Assembly: GCA_963699165.1 (NCBI GenBank) | Contig: OY969413.1 | Location: 532,562-596,561 of the forward strand | Origin: Candidatus Kaiserbacteria bacterium | GTDB taxonomy: Bacteria > Patescibacteriota > Minisyncoccia > Phycocordibacterales > Phycocordibacteraceae | Length of the DNA: 64,000 nucleotides | Reading direction: 5' to 3' | Shown: one piece after another, positions 36,095 to 45,236 of the stretch | Position numbering within the stretch: position 1 is the stretch's first letter | How the letters are laid out: every line of letters begins with the position of its first letter | The notes under the pieces: generated by a model | The model's input: only the letters and a program-made list of their open reading frames with translations | Databases searched by the model: none | Told to the model about the DNA's origin: nothing | Position numbers and translations under genes: made by a program

Positions 36095-37117
36095 TTAACG
36101 CGGGGATTTCCGAAAAATGTTCACAACAAACGCTTCGGATTCGGGAGCCGGAACGGCAATACGCACGGTATCTTTCAGAAGCTTTAGCGCATCGGGGAAA
36201 CGACTCATGGAGTCGCCGAGCGCGACACGAATATTTTCCTCAAGAAGCGCCTCGCGGACGCGCACAGCATTTGGAACACGCGCAAGGACAAAATTCGTCT
36301 TAGAAGGATATGCTACCACGCCGGGAATCGTCTGCAACGTTTGTATGAAATGTTCCCGGGCGGAAATAACGGCCTCTCGTCGCACCGCAACATCCTCGGC
36401 ACGCGCAAGAAGAGCAAGAGCGGCGGTGACGCTCGAGTGTGCGACCGGCCACGGCAGCATGCGCCGTTCAAGACACTTGATAATCTTTGGCGCGGCAATG
36501 ACATATCCGACACGCGCCCCGGCAAGCGCAAATGCTTTCGAGAATGTCCGAAGAACAATTAGGTTCGGGAGTTCCGCGCCGTACGGCAAAAGCGTAGTGC
36601 CGGAAGAAAATTCAAAATAGGCCTCATCGGATACAAGCACAATGTTGTGCTCGCGCGCCGCCGCAACCAGCGCCGAAATATCGCCGTTCGCAATCGGGCA
36701 GCCGAGCGGATTGTTTGGATGGCAAAGAAAAAGCATCTTTCCGGGATTTTCCGCCATTGCTTCAATCGTCGCTGCAAGTGGAAATATAAAATGATTATTC
36801 CGTTCTTCATATGCGAGCGGAAGCATCTCGATTTCCGCGCGTTCAAGAATCGACTCGTATCCGTAAAACGTCGGCACGGGAAGCATCGCTTTCCCGCCTG
36901 CTCCTATGTATGCACGCGCAATATGTTCTATTGCCGCATCCGAACCGGGAGTAATGAGTATGTGCTCCCGGGCAACGCCTGCGTACGCGGCAACCGCATC
37001 TCTCAGTTCGCTATAGTCAGGATAGGTTGAAAATTCCCGTGTGCCGAAACCGTTCGCCGCTTGTAGTAACTCGTCATCAAGCATCCAATAACTCTCGTTC
37101 CTATCAAGCGGCAGCAT
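36095..37117 (-). CDS. PLP-dependent aminotransferase (HisC-like)
   Basis: LDRNE, GSD.AI, PNNPLG, DEAY.EF, RTFSKAFALAGARVGY. Confidence 0.9.
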   Translation of the reverse strand: MLPLDRNESYWMLDDELLQAANGFGTREFSTYPDYSELRDAVAAYAGVAREHILITPGSDAAIEHIARAYIGAGGKAMLPVPTFYGYESILERAEIEMLPLAYEERNNHFIFPLAATIEAMAENPGKMLFLCHPNNPLGCPIANGDISALVAAAREHNIVLVSDEAYFEFSSGTTLLPYGAELPNLIVLRTFSKAFALAGARVGYVIAAPKIIKCLERRMLPWPVAHSSVTAALALLARAEDVAVRREAVISAREHFIQTLQTIPGVVAYPSKTNFVLARVPNAVRVREALLEENIRVALGDSMSRFPDALKLLKDTVRIAVPAPESEAFVVNIFRKSPR

Positions 37118-37134
37118 GATATGCGGGGATGCGG

Positions 37135-37884
37135 CTACGAAGACGAGAGCGCATATGCGGCAAAACCGCTCGTGTGCGTCGCGATGCCGCTCGAATCGAT
37201 GGAATATCCCTCAAAGCCGTCGAGGTTTTCGATAAATGCGATGCCCTCCTTCCCCATCGCAAACGCTCCCGTTGCGAAACGGTCCGCCTCAAGCACGTCG
37301 GGACCGATAACGGTCAAGCTCACAATCTCCCCGATTTTTTGTTCCGGCGCGTACGGATTGTAAATATGGTCGCCACGGACATACGAACCGGATGTCGCGA
37401 TGCCTTTGCCGCGCGGATATACGATTTTTATGATTTGTTCGATGTTGAACGGATTGCGGATGCCGACACTCCAATCCTTTCCATCGAAATTTTTTCCGTT
37501 CATGGCAATGTCGCCGCCGGCGTTCACAAAATAATTTTCATATCCCGCTTTTCGAATAAGCGCTGCGGTGTTGAGTATCGCCCACCCTTTTACGATGCCG
37601 GACGGGTCGAGATGGCCGTCCGGATGGCGGATATCGAAATAGCCCTTTGTCTCTATTTTGGTCTTTTCGGCGAGCGCCAGCACTTCTTCCATTTCGGCGC
37701 TCACCGAGTGCCGGTCGATTTCGCCGCGATTGAGCTGCGAAATCTCGCTGTCTTCTTTGTAGGTGCTGAAGCGGGCGTCGACTTTCGCAAGATAGTCATA
37801 CGCCGCCTGAAGCTGCGCGGAGGCCTCATCGGCAACGATTTCGATTTCGATTGGCATGCCCATGATGATGCGGGTGTCTTTCAT
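37135..37884 (-). CDS. apbE: FAD:protein FMN transferase
   Basis: MG..I.I, FSTY..DSEISQLN, DPSGIVKGW, NAGGD, ATSGSY.RG.HI.NP, ADRFAT. Confidence 0.9.
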   Translation of the reverse strand: MKDTRIIMGMPIEIEIVADEASAQLQAAYDYLAKVDARFSTYKEDSEISQLNRGEIDRHSVSAEMEEVLALAEKTKIETKGYFDIRHPDGHLDPSGIVKGWAILNTAALIRKAGYENYFVNAGGDIAMNGKNFDGKDWSVGIRNPFNIEQIIKIVYPRGKGIATSGSYVRGDHIYNPYAPEQKIGEIVSLTVIGPDVLEADRFATGAFAMGKEGIAFIENLDGFEGYSIDSSGIATHTSGFAAYALSSS

Positions 37885-37946
37885 CGCCTCTATCATACTC
37901 CACAGGCGTACTCGCAAAAAGACCGATTACATACTATTGTGACAGT

Positions 37947-38957
37947 ATGAAAATCCATTATTTTTCGAGCGAACCGTGGGAGGGGGCGTACGTCCGAGCA
38001 AAACTCCCCGGAGAAGACATTGCGTTTTATGAAAAACCGTTCGCCGAATATCCCGAGTTGACCGATTCAGACGCGGACGTACTGTGCATTTTTATGGAAT
38101 CGCATGTCGGCGAAGCGGAACTGAACCGCTTCCCCTCCCTCAAGCTTATCGCGACGCGTTCGACCGGTTTCGACCATATCGATCTCGCCGCCGCGAAAGC
38201 GCACAACGTCGCCGTGGTCAACGTGCCGTTCTACGGCGAAAATACCGTCTCCGAATTCGCATTCGCGCTCATCCTCGCGCTTTCGCGGCGCATTATCGAA
38301 GCGGATACGCACGTGCGCGAAACCGGACTCTTCTCGCCGAACGGGTTGCGCGGTTTTGACCTCGCGGGCAAAACCATCGGCGTCGTCGGCACCGGCCATA
38401 TCGGACAGCACGTCATCCGAATGGCAAACGGTTTCGATATGAAGGTGCTCGGCTTCGACGCATATCCGAACGAAGCAAGCACCAAAACGCTCAATTTTAC
38501 GTATACATCTCTGCCGGAGCTGCTCGCGGCCTCGGACGTCATCTCGCTGCATGTTCCGTACAACGAACAAACGCACCATCTCATCAACCGGGACAACATC
38601 GGTTCCATAAAGAAGGGCGCGATTCTCGTAAACACCGCGCGAGGCGCCGTCATCGATACGGAAGCGCTTATCGAGGCGCTCCAAAAAGACATTCTCGCGG
38701 GCGCCGGACTCGATGTGCTTGAGAACGAGGGCGAACTGAACGACGAGCTGGCGCTGCTTATGGCACCGCATCCGCAGGAGGAGGAAATCCGCGTCGCGCT
38801 CGAAAATAATTATCTCATCAAGCATCCGCGCGTTATCGTGACGCCGCATGTCGCCTTCAACACCATTGAAGCCGTTGAGCGCATCATCGACACGAGCATT
38901 GAAAATATTCGTAAGTTTGAAGCGGGAACTCCGGTCAATCTTGTCGGCAAAGCGTAA
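37947..38957 (+). CDS. D-2-hydroxyacid (D-lactate-like) dehydrogenase
   Basis: RSTGFDHID, GTGHIG, NTARG, LDVLE.E, TPHVAF. Confidence 0.92.
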   Translation: MKIHYFSSEPWEGAYVRAKLPGEDIAFYEKPFAEYPELTDSDADVLCIFMESHVGEAELNRFPSLKLIATRSTGFDHIDLAAAKAHNVAVVNVPFYGENTVSEFAFALILALSRRIIEADTHVRETGLFSPNGLRGFDLAGKTIGVVGTGHIGQHVIRMANGFDMKVLGFDAYPNEASTKTLNFTYTSLPELLAASDVISLHVPYNEQTHHLINRDNIGSIKKGAILVNTARGAVIDTEALIEALQKDILAGAGLDVLENEGELNDELALLMAPHPQEEEIRVALENNYLIKHPRVIVTPHVAFNTIEAVERIIDTSIENIRKFEAGTPVNLVGKA

Positions 38958-38977
38958 CTATCAGTAACATTCTTCAT

Positions 38978-39427
38978 ATGCCCCCTCCAAAAAAACCGTT
39001 TATCGGGAGTCGGATTCTGCTTTGGGCGGGATTCGTCGCCGTCGCCATTGCATACGTCGCGTGGCAAAACTTCGGTTCCAGAAGACCGGCGCCGACACAG
39101 ACGCCCGCAACGAACCCCGCCCAAACGACCGCGACAACCGTTGCCTATAAAGACGGCGCATATACCGGCACGGCCGCAAATGCGTTTTACGGCATCCTGC
39201 AAGTGAAGGCGGTTATTTCGGGCGGCAAGCTCGCGGATGTGCAATTTCTGCAGTACCCGAGCGATCGAAGCGCCTCGCTCGCAAAAAGCAACCAGGCGAT
39301 GCCGATTCTGAAACAGGAAGCCATCGCCGCGCAAAGCGCGAATGTGGACATTGTTTCCGGAGCGACGCAAACCAGCCAGGCATTTCAAACATCGCTCGCC
39401 TCCGCGCTCTCGCAGGCGGCAAGCTAA
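38978..39427 (+). CDS. Membrane-anchored FMN-binding protein
   Basis: TM helix, YKDG.YTG, flavinylation motif DIVSGAT. Confidence 0.9.
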   Translation: MPPPKKPFIGSRILLWAGFVAVAIAYVAWQNFGSRRPAPTQTPATNPAQTTATTVAYKDGAYTGTAANAFYGILQVKAVISGGKLADVQFLQYPSDRSASLAKSNQAMPILKQEAIAAQSANVDIVSGATQTSQAFQTSLASALSQAAS

Positions 39428-39469
39428 CCCGTCATTCGCCCCGGTCGCATACGGCGGTACAATGCACGC

Positions 39470-40039
39470 ATGGACGCATCGGATGAGGAATTGATTGCGG
39501 AATACCTTGCCGGCCGCGAGGAATCGTTTGCCGTCCTCGTACAGCGGCACGTTAAAGGTGTCTATTCCTTTATAGCGCGTTCCGTCGGTGAGGAAGCGGA
39601 CGACATTGTCCAAGAAACGTTTTTTCGGGCGTGGAAAAATCTGAAATCGTACGATTCCGCCGAAGCGAAATTCAAAACGTGGCTCATGCGCATCGCGCGA
39701 AACGCTACGATTGATTATTTGCGCAAAAAGAAACCCGCGCTTTTCTCGGCATTCGAAAATGACGAGGGCGAAAGTTTTCTGTTGGACACGCCCGACACGG
39801 AGCCGCTTCCGGACGAATTGGTCGCTCGCGCGAACGACGCGCGTGAAGTTCAGACGGTCCTGGAAGGGTTGTCCCCCGCGTACCGCGAAGTGCTTCTGCT
39901 CCGGTATATGAACCAATTGACCTTCGAAGAGATAAGCGCGGTACTCGGCATGCCCGCAAATACGGTTCGGAGCCGCCACCACCGCGGCCTTGCGCAACTC
40001 CGGAAACGTCTTCAAGAAACGCATCAAAAACGCAAGTAA
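39470..40039 (+). CDS. ECF sigma factor
   Basis: DDIVQETF.RAW, FKTWL.RIARN, region 4 L.FEEIS..L..P.NTVRSR. Confidence 0.93.
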   Translation: MDASDEELIAEYLAGREESFAVLVQRHVKGVYSFIARSVGEEADDIVQETFFRAWKNLKSYDSAEAKFKTWLMRIARNATIDYLRKKKPALFSAFENDEGESFLLDTPDTEPLPDELVARANDAREVQTVLEGLSPAYREVLLLRYMNQLTFEEISAVLGMPANTVRSRHHRGLAQLRKRLQETHQKRK

Positions 40040-40047
40040 TTCGTATA
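40021..40047 (+). promoter_or_regulatory. Candidate ECF promoter (variant -35)
   Basis: GCATC-N16-CGTATA upstream of anti-sigma/efflux genes. Confidence 0.45.
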
Positions 40048-40064
40048 TACTTACAATAACGCCT

Positions 40065-40463
40065 ATGCCCAACAACGCCGCACCGCTTTTCAGGGAAATC
40101 GAACCGCCGCAGGGGCTTGTACCGGCGATTTTGGTGCGCATTGCCCGCGCACGTCAAAATGCCGCCCGTCTGCGCATGGCGGCGTTCGGCACGGTTGCCC
40201 TCGTGTCGCTCGTTACGCTCGTGCCCGTATTTCAGTACGCCGCAACCGAATTCAGCACCTCCGGCTTTGTTCAATACGCGTCTCTTTTCTTCGATAGCTT
40301 CTCGCGCGGATATTGGCAGGAGATTCTGTATTCGCTCGGCGATTCTCTGCCCTCCTTCGCGCTCCTGCTTCTCGCGGCGATTATCAGCATCGGCGCATCG
40401 TCGTTGTGGTATGCAAGCCGCAACGCGCGAATCGCGTTCACCCGCGTGGCGCTCGGGACATAA
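40065..40463 (+). CDS. Putative anti-sigma membrane protein
   Basis: Directly after ECF sigma; EPP.GL...IL.RI then TM helices. Confidence 0.65.
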   Translation: MPNNAAPLFREIEPPQGLVPAILVRIARARQNAARLRMAAFGTVALVSLVTLVPVFQYAATEFSTSGFVQYASLFFDSFSRGYWQEILYSLGDSLPSFALLLLAAIISIGASSLWYASRNARIAFTRVALGT

Positions 40464-40472
40464 CATTCATTC

Positions 40473-40919
40473 ATGAAAACACTTGAGGACTTTTTCGCTT
40501 CCAAAAAAGTGCGTCTAACCGCCATTGTTTTCGGCGGCATTATTCTCGCATTTCTTATTTTCCACGCGGGAGTCGAAATCGGAGAGCACGGCGGTGAATT
40601 TGACCGGCGCGGTCCGGACCGCGATTTCCGCCATCCACTCTTGCCCGGCGTCGCGCTGCCGCACGAGTTCATTCAAAACGGGCACGGGGCCGTCGGCACG
40701 ATAACCAATGTGTCGCTTCCGACCCTCACCGTTTCGACGCCGGACGGCAGAAACGAAACGATTCTCGTCAGTTCTTCAACGATGGTTCGGAGCATAGATG
40801 GTCCGGCAACCCAGCATTTTTCGGTGGGAAGTCAGATTGTCGTGCTCGGAGAGCCGGACAATCAGAACCGGATTGACGCAACCTTTATACGCATACTACC
40901 CGCAACAACAACGCCATGA
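40473..40919 (+). CDS. Membrane-anchored OB-fold (DUF5666-like) protein
   Basis: TM helix, G.VG.I..V, L.V, V.V.G, I.A..I pattern. Confidence 0.6.
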   Translation: MKTLEDFFASKKVRLTAIVFGGIILAFLIFHAGVEIGEHGGEFDRRGPDRDFRHPLLPGVALPHEFIQNGHGAVGTITNVSLPTLTVSTPDGRNETILVSSSTMVRSIDGPATQHFSVGSQIVVLGEPDNQNRIDATFIRILPATTTP

Positions 40920-42733
40920 ACACTTCCGTACCTAAACCGGCCGCAACGACCAACCGATTTACCGCAGTAAAAACATATATTGCGGGGCACAAATGGCTGA
41001 GCGGAATCATACTGCTCGCGCTCATCGGCGGCGGCTACTATGCCTACAAAGTGTTCGACGCGCCATCGGGCGCGACTCGATACGTAACGACCGTCGCCGC
41101 GACTGGCACGGTCGTCGCATCCATGTCGGAAACCGGACAGGTTTCCGCGAGTTCAAACGTCAGCATCGAATCGCAATCGTCCGGCGAAGTCCTTTCCATT
41201 CCGGTGCAGGCCGGAGAACATGTGAGCGCGGGAACCGCGCTCGCTTACCTCGATCCGACGACGGCGCAGCAAAACGTCGAAAGCGCGAAACAAGCCCTTG
41301 AGGCGGCGCAACTCTCGCTCGCGATGCTTCAGGAACCGACCGCTACATCGACACTTACTTCCACGCAAAACTCGGTCGCAACGGCGCAGGCGAATCTGGT
41401 GCAGGCGCACCAAACCAGCTATAACGACATTTCCGTCGCATTCCTGAATCTTCCGACCGTCATCACCGGCCTTGATTCCGTTTTGCACGGCTCAACGGTT
41501 CCGGGCCGCACAAGCGAGCAGAATGAAAACGCGTATAGCGATATGGTCGAGCCATATGACTCGACCGTCGTGCAATACCGCACCACGGCCGAAAGTTCCT
41601 ATCAGACGGCATACGCCGCCTACACGAAAACGCTCGCCGATTTCAAAGCGACTCCTCGAACGGCGGATGATGCGACGATTGAAGCCCTCATAAATGAATC
41701 CTATCAAACGGCGGCAGACATCTCCGACGCGCTCAAGGCCTCGACGAGTTTTCTAAATTTCGTCGATACGACGCTTACGTATCACAACCTTTCGCTTCCC
41801 TCGACCTTAAACGGCCACCTCAATACGCTCACCGGATACACGACGACGACAAATCAGTACGTCGCGACGCTCGCGAGCGACGCGGCAAACATCACGAGTT
41901 CCGAGCGCTCCCTTGCGGCCGCACAGGCATCTCTTCAACAATTGCAAGCCGGAGCCGATCCTCTTTCGGTTCAGTCGAGCCAGCTCTCCATTCAAGGAAA
42001 AGAGGACGCGCTCGCGCAGGCCGAGCAGGCGCTCGCCGAAACCGTCGTGCGCGCGCCGTTTGACGGCACGGTCGCGCAGACGAGCGTACAGCAGTATCAA
42101 ACCATCGGAAACGGCACCGCCGTTGCAACCATGGTGAGCGACAATCAGAACGTCAATATCTCGGTAAACGAAGTGGATGCCGCAAAACTTAAGGTTGGTC
42201 AGAAAGCGACCATCACGTTCGATGCGCTGCCGAATATCTCGATTGCGGGCACCGTTTCCTCTGTAAATTCCATCGGCACGGTTTCTTCGGGCGTCGTCTC
42301 CTACGGCGCGGTTGTGACCTTTGACACGCCAAACACGAGCGTGAAGCCGGGCATGAGCGCGACCGTTGACATCGTTACGAGCACCGAAACCGGAATCGAG
42401 ATTCCAAGCAGTGCCGTGAAAACATCGGGCACGCAAAGTTATGTGCAGATATTCAATCCGCCTCTCGCAAATAGCAGCGGAAGCACCGGGGCCGCTTCGG
42501 CAGTAGCGCCAACGCGCAAAACGGTCACGACCGGCCTCACTGACAACACGAACATCATCATTGAAAGCGGTTTGTCTGCCGGCGATCAGGTCGTCACAAA
42601 GACGATTGCGGGAACCGCGACTGCTGCAGCATCAACCGCTTCAAGAACCACGACCACATCGCTCTTCGGAGCAGGCGGCGGTCCTGGCGGTGTTGGCGGC
42701 AGCGCGGGAGCGGTGCGCGCACTTACACGATGA
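40916..42733 (+). CDS. Efflux periplasmic adaptor with long helical insert
   Basis: TM helix, lipoyl halves, VRAPFDG, VKPGMSA, Gly-rich tail. Confidence 0.88.
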   Translation: MNTSVPKPAATTNRFTAVKTYIAGHKWLSGIILLALIGGGYYAYKVFDAPSGATRYVTTVAATGTVVASMSETGQVSASSNVSIESQSSGEVLSIPVQAGEHVSAGTALAYLDPTTAQQNVESAKQALEAAQLSLAMLQEPTATSTLTSTQNSVATAQANLVQAHQTSYNDISVAFLNLPTVITGLDSVLHGSTVPGRTSEQNENAYSDMVEPYDSTVVQYRTTAESSYQTAYAAYTKTLADFKATPRTADDATIEALINESYQTAADISDALKASTSFLNFVDTTLTYHNLSLPSTLNGHLNTLTGYTTTTNQYVATLASDAANITSSERSLAAAQASLQQLQAGADPLSVQSSQLSIQGKEDALAQAEQALAETVVRAPFDGTVAQTSVQQYQTIGNGTAVATMVSDNQNVNISVNEVDAAKLKVGQKATITFDALPNISIAGTVSSVNSIGTVSSGVVSYGAVVTFDTPNTSVKPGMSATVDIVTSTETGIEIPSSAVKTSGTQSYVQIFNPPLANSSGSTGAASAVAPTRKTVTTGLTDNTNIIIESGLSAGDQVVTKTIAGTATAAASTASRTTTTSLFGAGGGPGGVGGSAGAVRALTR

Positions 42734-43467
42734 TTGAAATAAAAAACATTACAAAAACCTACGGTTCCGGCATCGAAGCGTACACCGCGCTGCGCGGCGT
42801 TTCCTTCACCATAGATGAAGGAGAATTCGTCGCCATTATGGGTCCTTCCGGAAGCGGAAAATCGACGCTCATGCACATTCTCGGCTGTCTCGACACGCCG
42901 ACGTCCGGCACCTACATTCTCGACGGCAAAGACGTATCGACGATGACCGATGACGAACTTGCCGAAATCCGCAAGGACAAAATCGGCTTCGTCTTCCAGT
43001 CCTTCAATCTTCTCTCGCGCACTACCGTGATTCGCAATGTCATGCTGCCGCTCGTCTACGCCGGCGTGTCATCCGAAGAACGGCACGAACGCGCCGCGGA
43101 GGCGCTCGCATCTGCCGGCCTTGCGGAAGAATATTTTTCGCATCTTTCGAATCAGCTTTCCGGCGGGCAAATTCAGCGCGTCGCCATCGCGCGTGCGCTC
43201 GTAAATAATCCGGCACTCATCCTCGCCGATGAGCCGACCGGCAACCTTGATTCAAAAACAAGTTTAATCGTGCTCGGAACGCTGCAAAAATTGAATAAGG
43301 ATTTCGGCCGCACTATCGTGCTTATCACCCACGAACCGGACATCGCCGAACATGCAAACCGCATCATTCGCCTCCGCGATGGAGTCATTGTGTCGGATGA
43401 GAAAAACAAATCTCCGCGCGACGCCGTGCTCGAAACACAACTCTATGACGAGAGCAAAACCGTCTGA
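42730..43467 (+). CDS. MacB/LolD-like ABC ATP-binding protein
   Basis: [26 protein letters not shown]. Confidence 0.93.
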   Translation: MIEIKNITKTYGSGIEAYTALRGVSFTIDEGEFVAIMGPSGSGKSTLMHILGCLDTPTSGTYILDGKDVSTMTDDELAEIRKDKIGFVFQSFNLLSRTTVIRNVMLPLVYAGVSSEERHERAAEALASAGLAEEYFSHLSNQLSGGQIQRVAIARALVNNPALILADEPTGNLDSKTSLIVLGTLQKLNKDFGRTIVLITHEPDIAEHANRIIRLRDGVIVSDEKNKSPRDAVLETQLYDESKTV

Positions 43468-43470
43468 CCT

Positions 43471-44706
43471 ATGAAAACCCGCGACCTAATCGACGAAACA
43501 TATGCCGCGCTTTCCGCAAACAAAGTGCGGTCCGGCCTCACCGTGCTCGGCATCGTCATCGGAATCGCGTCCGTCATCGCGCTCACGGCCATCGGCCAGG
43601 GAGCGCAGGCATCGATTCAAAAATCAATTCAGTCCCTCGGCTCGAACCTTATCGAAGTAACGCCCGGTGCGGCGCGCCAAATCGGCTTCGGCGTCTCCGG
43701 CGGGCGCGGCACGGCCCGTTCGCTCACCCCCGGCGACGAAAACGCTATTGCGCAAGTCGACAACGTGGCGGCCGTCTCGGGCGAATATTCAAGCCGCTCT
43801 CAAGTCGCGGCGTCGGGCGCTAACACCAACACGACCGTCGACGGCGTTAACGCGGCCTATGCAACCATCCGCAACGTAACGATTGACCAGGGGGCTTTCA
43901 TTACCGACAGCGAATCGGCATCACTCGCAAAAGTCGCGGTCATCGGCCCGACCGTCGTCACCGATTTGTTCGGTTCAACCGCAACGGCATCCGATGCTAT
44001 TGGCCAGCACATTCGCATCAACAACATCGAGTTCACCATCATCGGCGTTACGGTAACGGCCGGAACGAGCGGTTTCAATAGTCCGGATACCTTTGTGTAT
44101 GTTCCGCTTGGCACGGCATTTCAATACTTCGCAGGAACGGGCAATCAATTCCTTTCGACCATCGACATTCAGGCGACAAGCCAAGACGCGATGACACAGG
44201 TCCAAAACGATGTCACTTCCCTTTTGCTTACGCGCCATAACATTACGGACCCGACGAAAGCCGATTTCAGCATCCTCAATCAGGCGCAAATCGTTTCGGC
44301 GGCTTCAAGCGTGACGGGAACGCTTACGGCGCTGCTTGCGGCGGTCGCGGGCATCTCGCTCGTCGTCGGCGGCATCGGCATCATGAATATGATGCTCACC
44401 ACCGTCACCGAACGCATGCGCGAAATCGGACTGCGCAAAGCCATCGGCGCAACGAAGAAAGACATCAATAATCAATTCCTCGCCGAGGCCATTGCGCTCA
44501 CGTTTACCGGAGGCGCAATCGGCATTGCGCTCGGCTGCGGGATATCCTTCATCGTAAGCGCAACGGGCGTCGAAGCCGCACAAATAACGCTCCCGTCAAT
44601 TCTGCTTGCATTCGGCGTCTCGGCGGCAATCGGCATCATCTTCGGCTGGTATCCCGCGCGCCGAGCATCAAACCTTAATCCTATCGACGCCCTGCGCTAT
44701 GAATGA
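43471..44706 (+). CDS. MacB-like ABC permease
   Basis: RSGLTVLGIVIG, GGIGIMN.ML..VTER.REIG, PIDALRYE. Confidence 0.93.
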   Translation: MKTRDLIDETYAALSANKVRSGLTVLGIVIGIASVIALTAIGQGAQASIQKSIQSLGSNLIEVTPGAARQIGFGVSGGRGTARSLTPGDENAIAQVDNVAAVSGEYSSRSQVAASGANTNTTVDGVNAAYATIRNVTIDQGAFITDSESASLAKVAVIGPTVVTDLFGSTATASDAIGQHIRINNIEFTIIGVTVTAGTSGFNSPDTFVYVPLGTAFQYFAGTGNQFLSTIDIQATSQDAMTQVQNDVTSLLLTRHNITDPTKADFSILNQAQIVSAASSVTGTLTALLAAVAGISLVVGGIGIMNMMLTTVTERMREIGLRKAIGATKKDINNQFLAEAIALTFTGGAIGIALGCGISFIVSATGVEAAQITLPSILLAFGVSAAIGIIFGWYPARRASNLNPIDALRYE

Positions 44707-44746
44707 AAAGTGCCATGGGCGCGATTACACATAATTATTTTTACCT

Positions 44747-45169
44747 ATGAATACAACAACTATCGGTACGGGAATCATCGCGCTTATCATCGGCATTGGC
44801 ATCGGCTACTTCGGCGGCAATGCCCTGCATCCGGCTGCGGCGCCGAGCGCGCGCGGAAGCTTTGCGGGAACGGGCGGAAGCGGTTTCGCCGGAGCGCGCG
44901 GCGGCGCGGCCGGCGGCGGATTTCTCTCGGGCACCGTTTCGGCAGCTGATTCCGGAAGCATCACGCTCAACACGCGCGACGGCAGTTCGCACGTTGTTCT
45001 CGTCACGCCGGCAACGACCGTCTCAAAGAGCGTATCCGGAGCATTGTCCGATGTGTCGGTCGGTTCAAATGTATTGATTACCGGAACGACCAACAGCGAC
45101 GGAAGCGTTACGGCGGCCGTGATTCAACTGCGTCCCGCGACACCGGCTGCGGCGCCGACTCCGCAATAA
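44747..45169 (+). CDS. Membrane-anchored DUF5666-like protein
   Basis: TM helix, Gly-rich linker, OB-like pattern ending NSDGSVTA..IQL. Confidence 0.65.
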   Translation: MNTTTIGTGIIALIIGIGIGYFGGNALHPAAAPSARGSFAGTGGSGFAGARGGAAGGGFLSGTVSAADSGSITLNTRDGSSHVVLVTPATTVSKSVSGALSDVSVGSNVLITGTTNSDGSVTAAVIQLRPATPAAAPTPQ

Positions 45170-45235
45170 GCGGCGGAAAATAAAAAAGGCGGCACGGGTG
45201 CCGGCACCCGTGCCGCCTTTTTTATTTTCCGCCGC
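45170..45235. terminator. Perfect 66-bp palindrome between convergent genes (bidirectional terminator)
   Basis: 33-nt arms exactly reverse-complementary, internal A6/T6 tracts. Confidence 0.75.
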
Positions 45236-45236
45236 G

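Noticed and set aside
36095-37117. hisC as part of histidine biosynthesis
   Set aside because: No other his genes nearby; the family call is supported but the pathway is not
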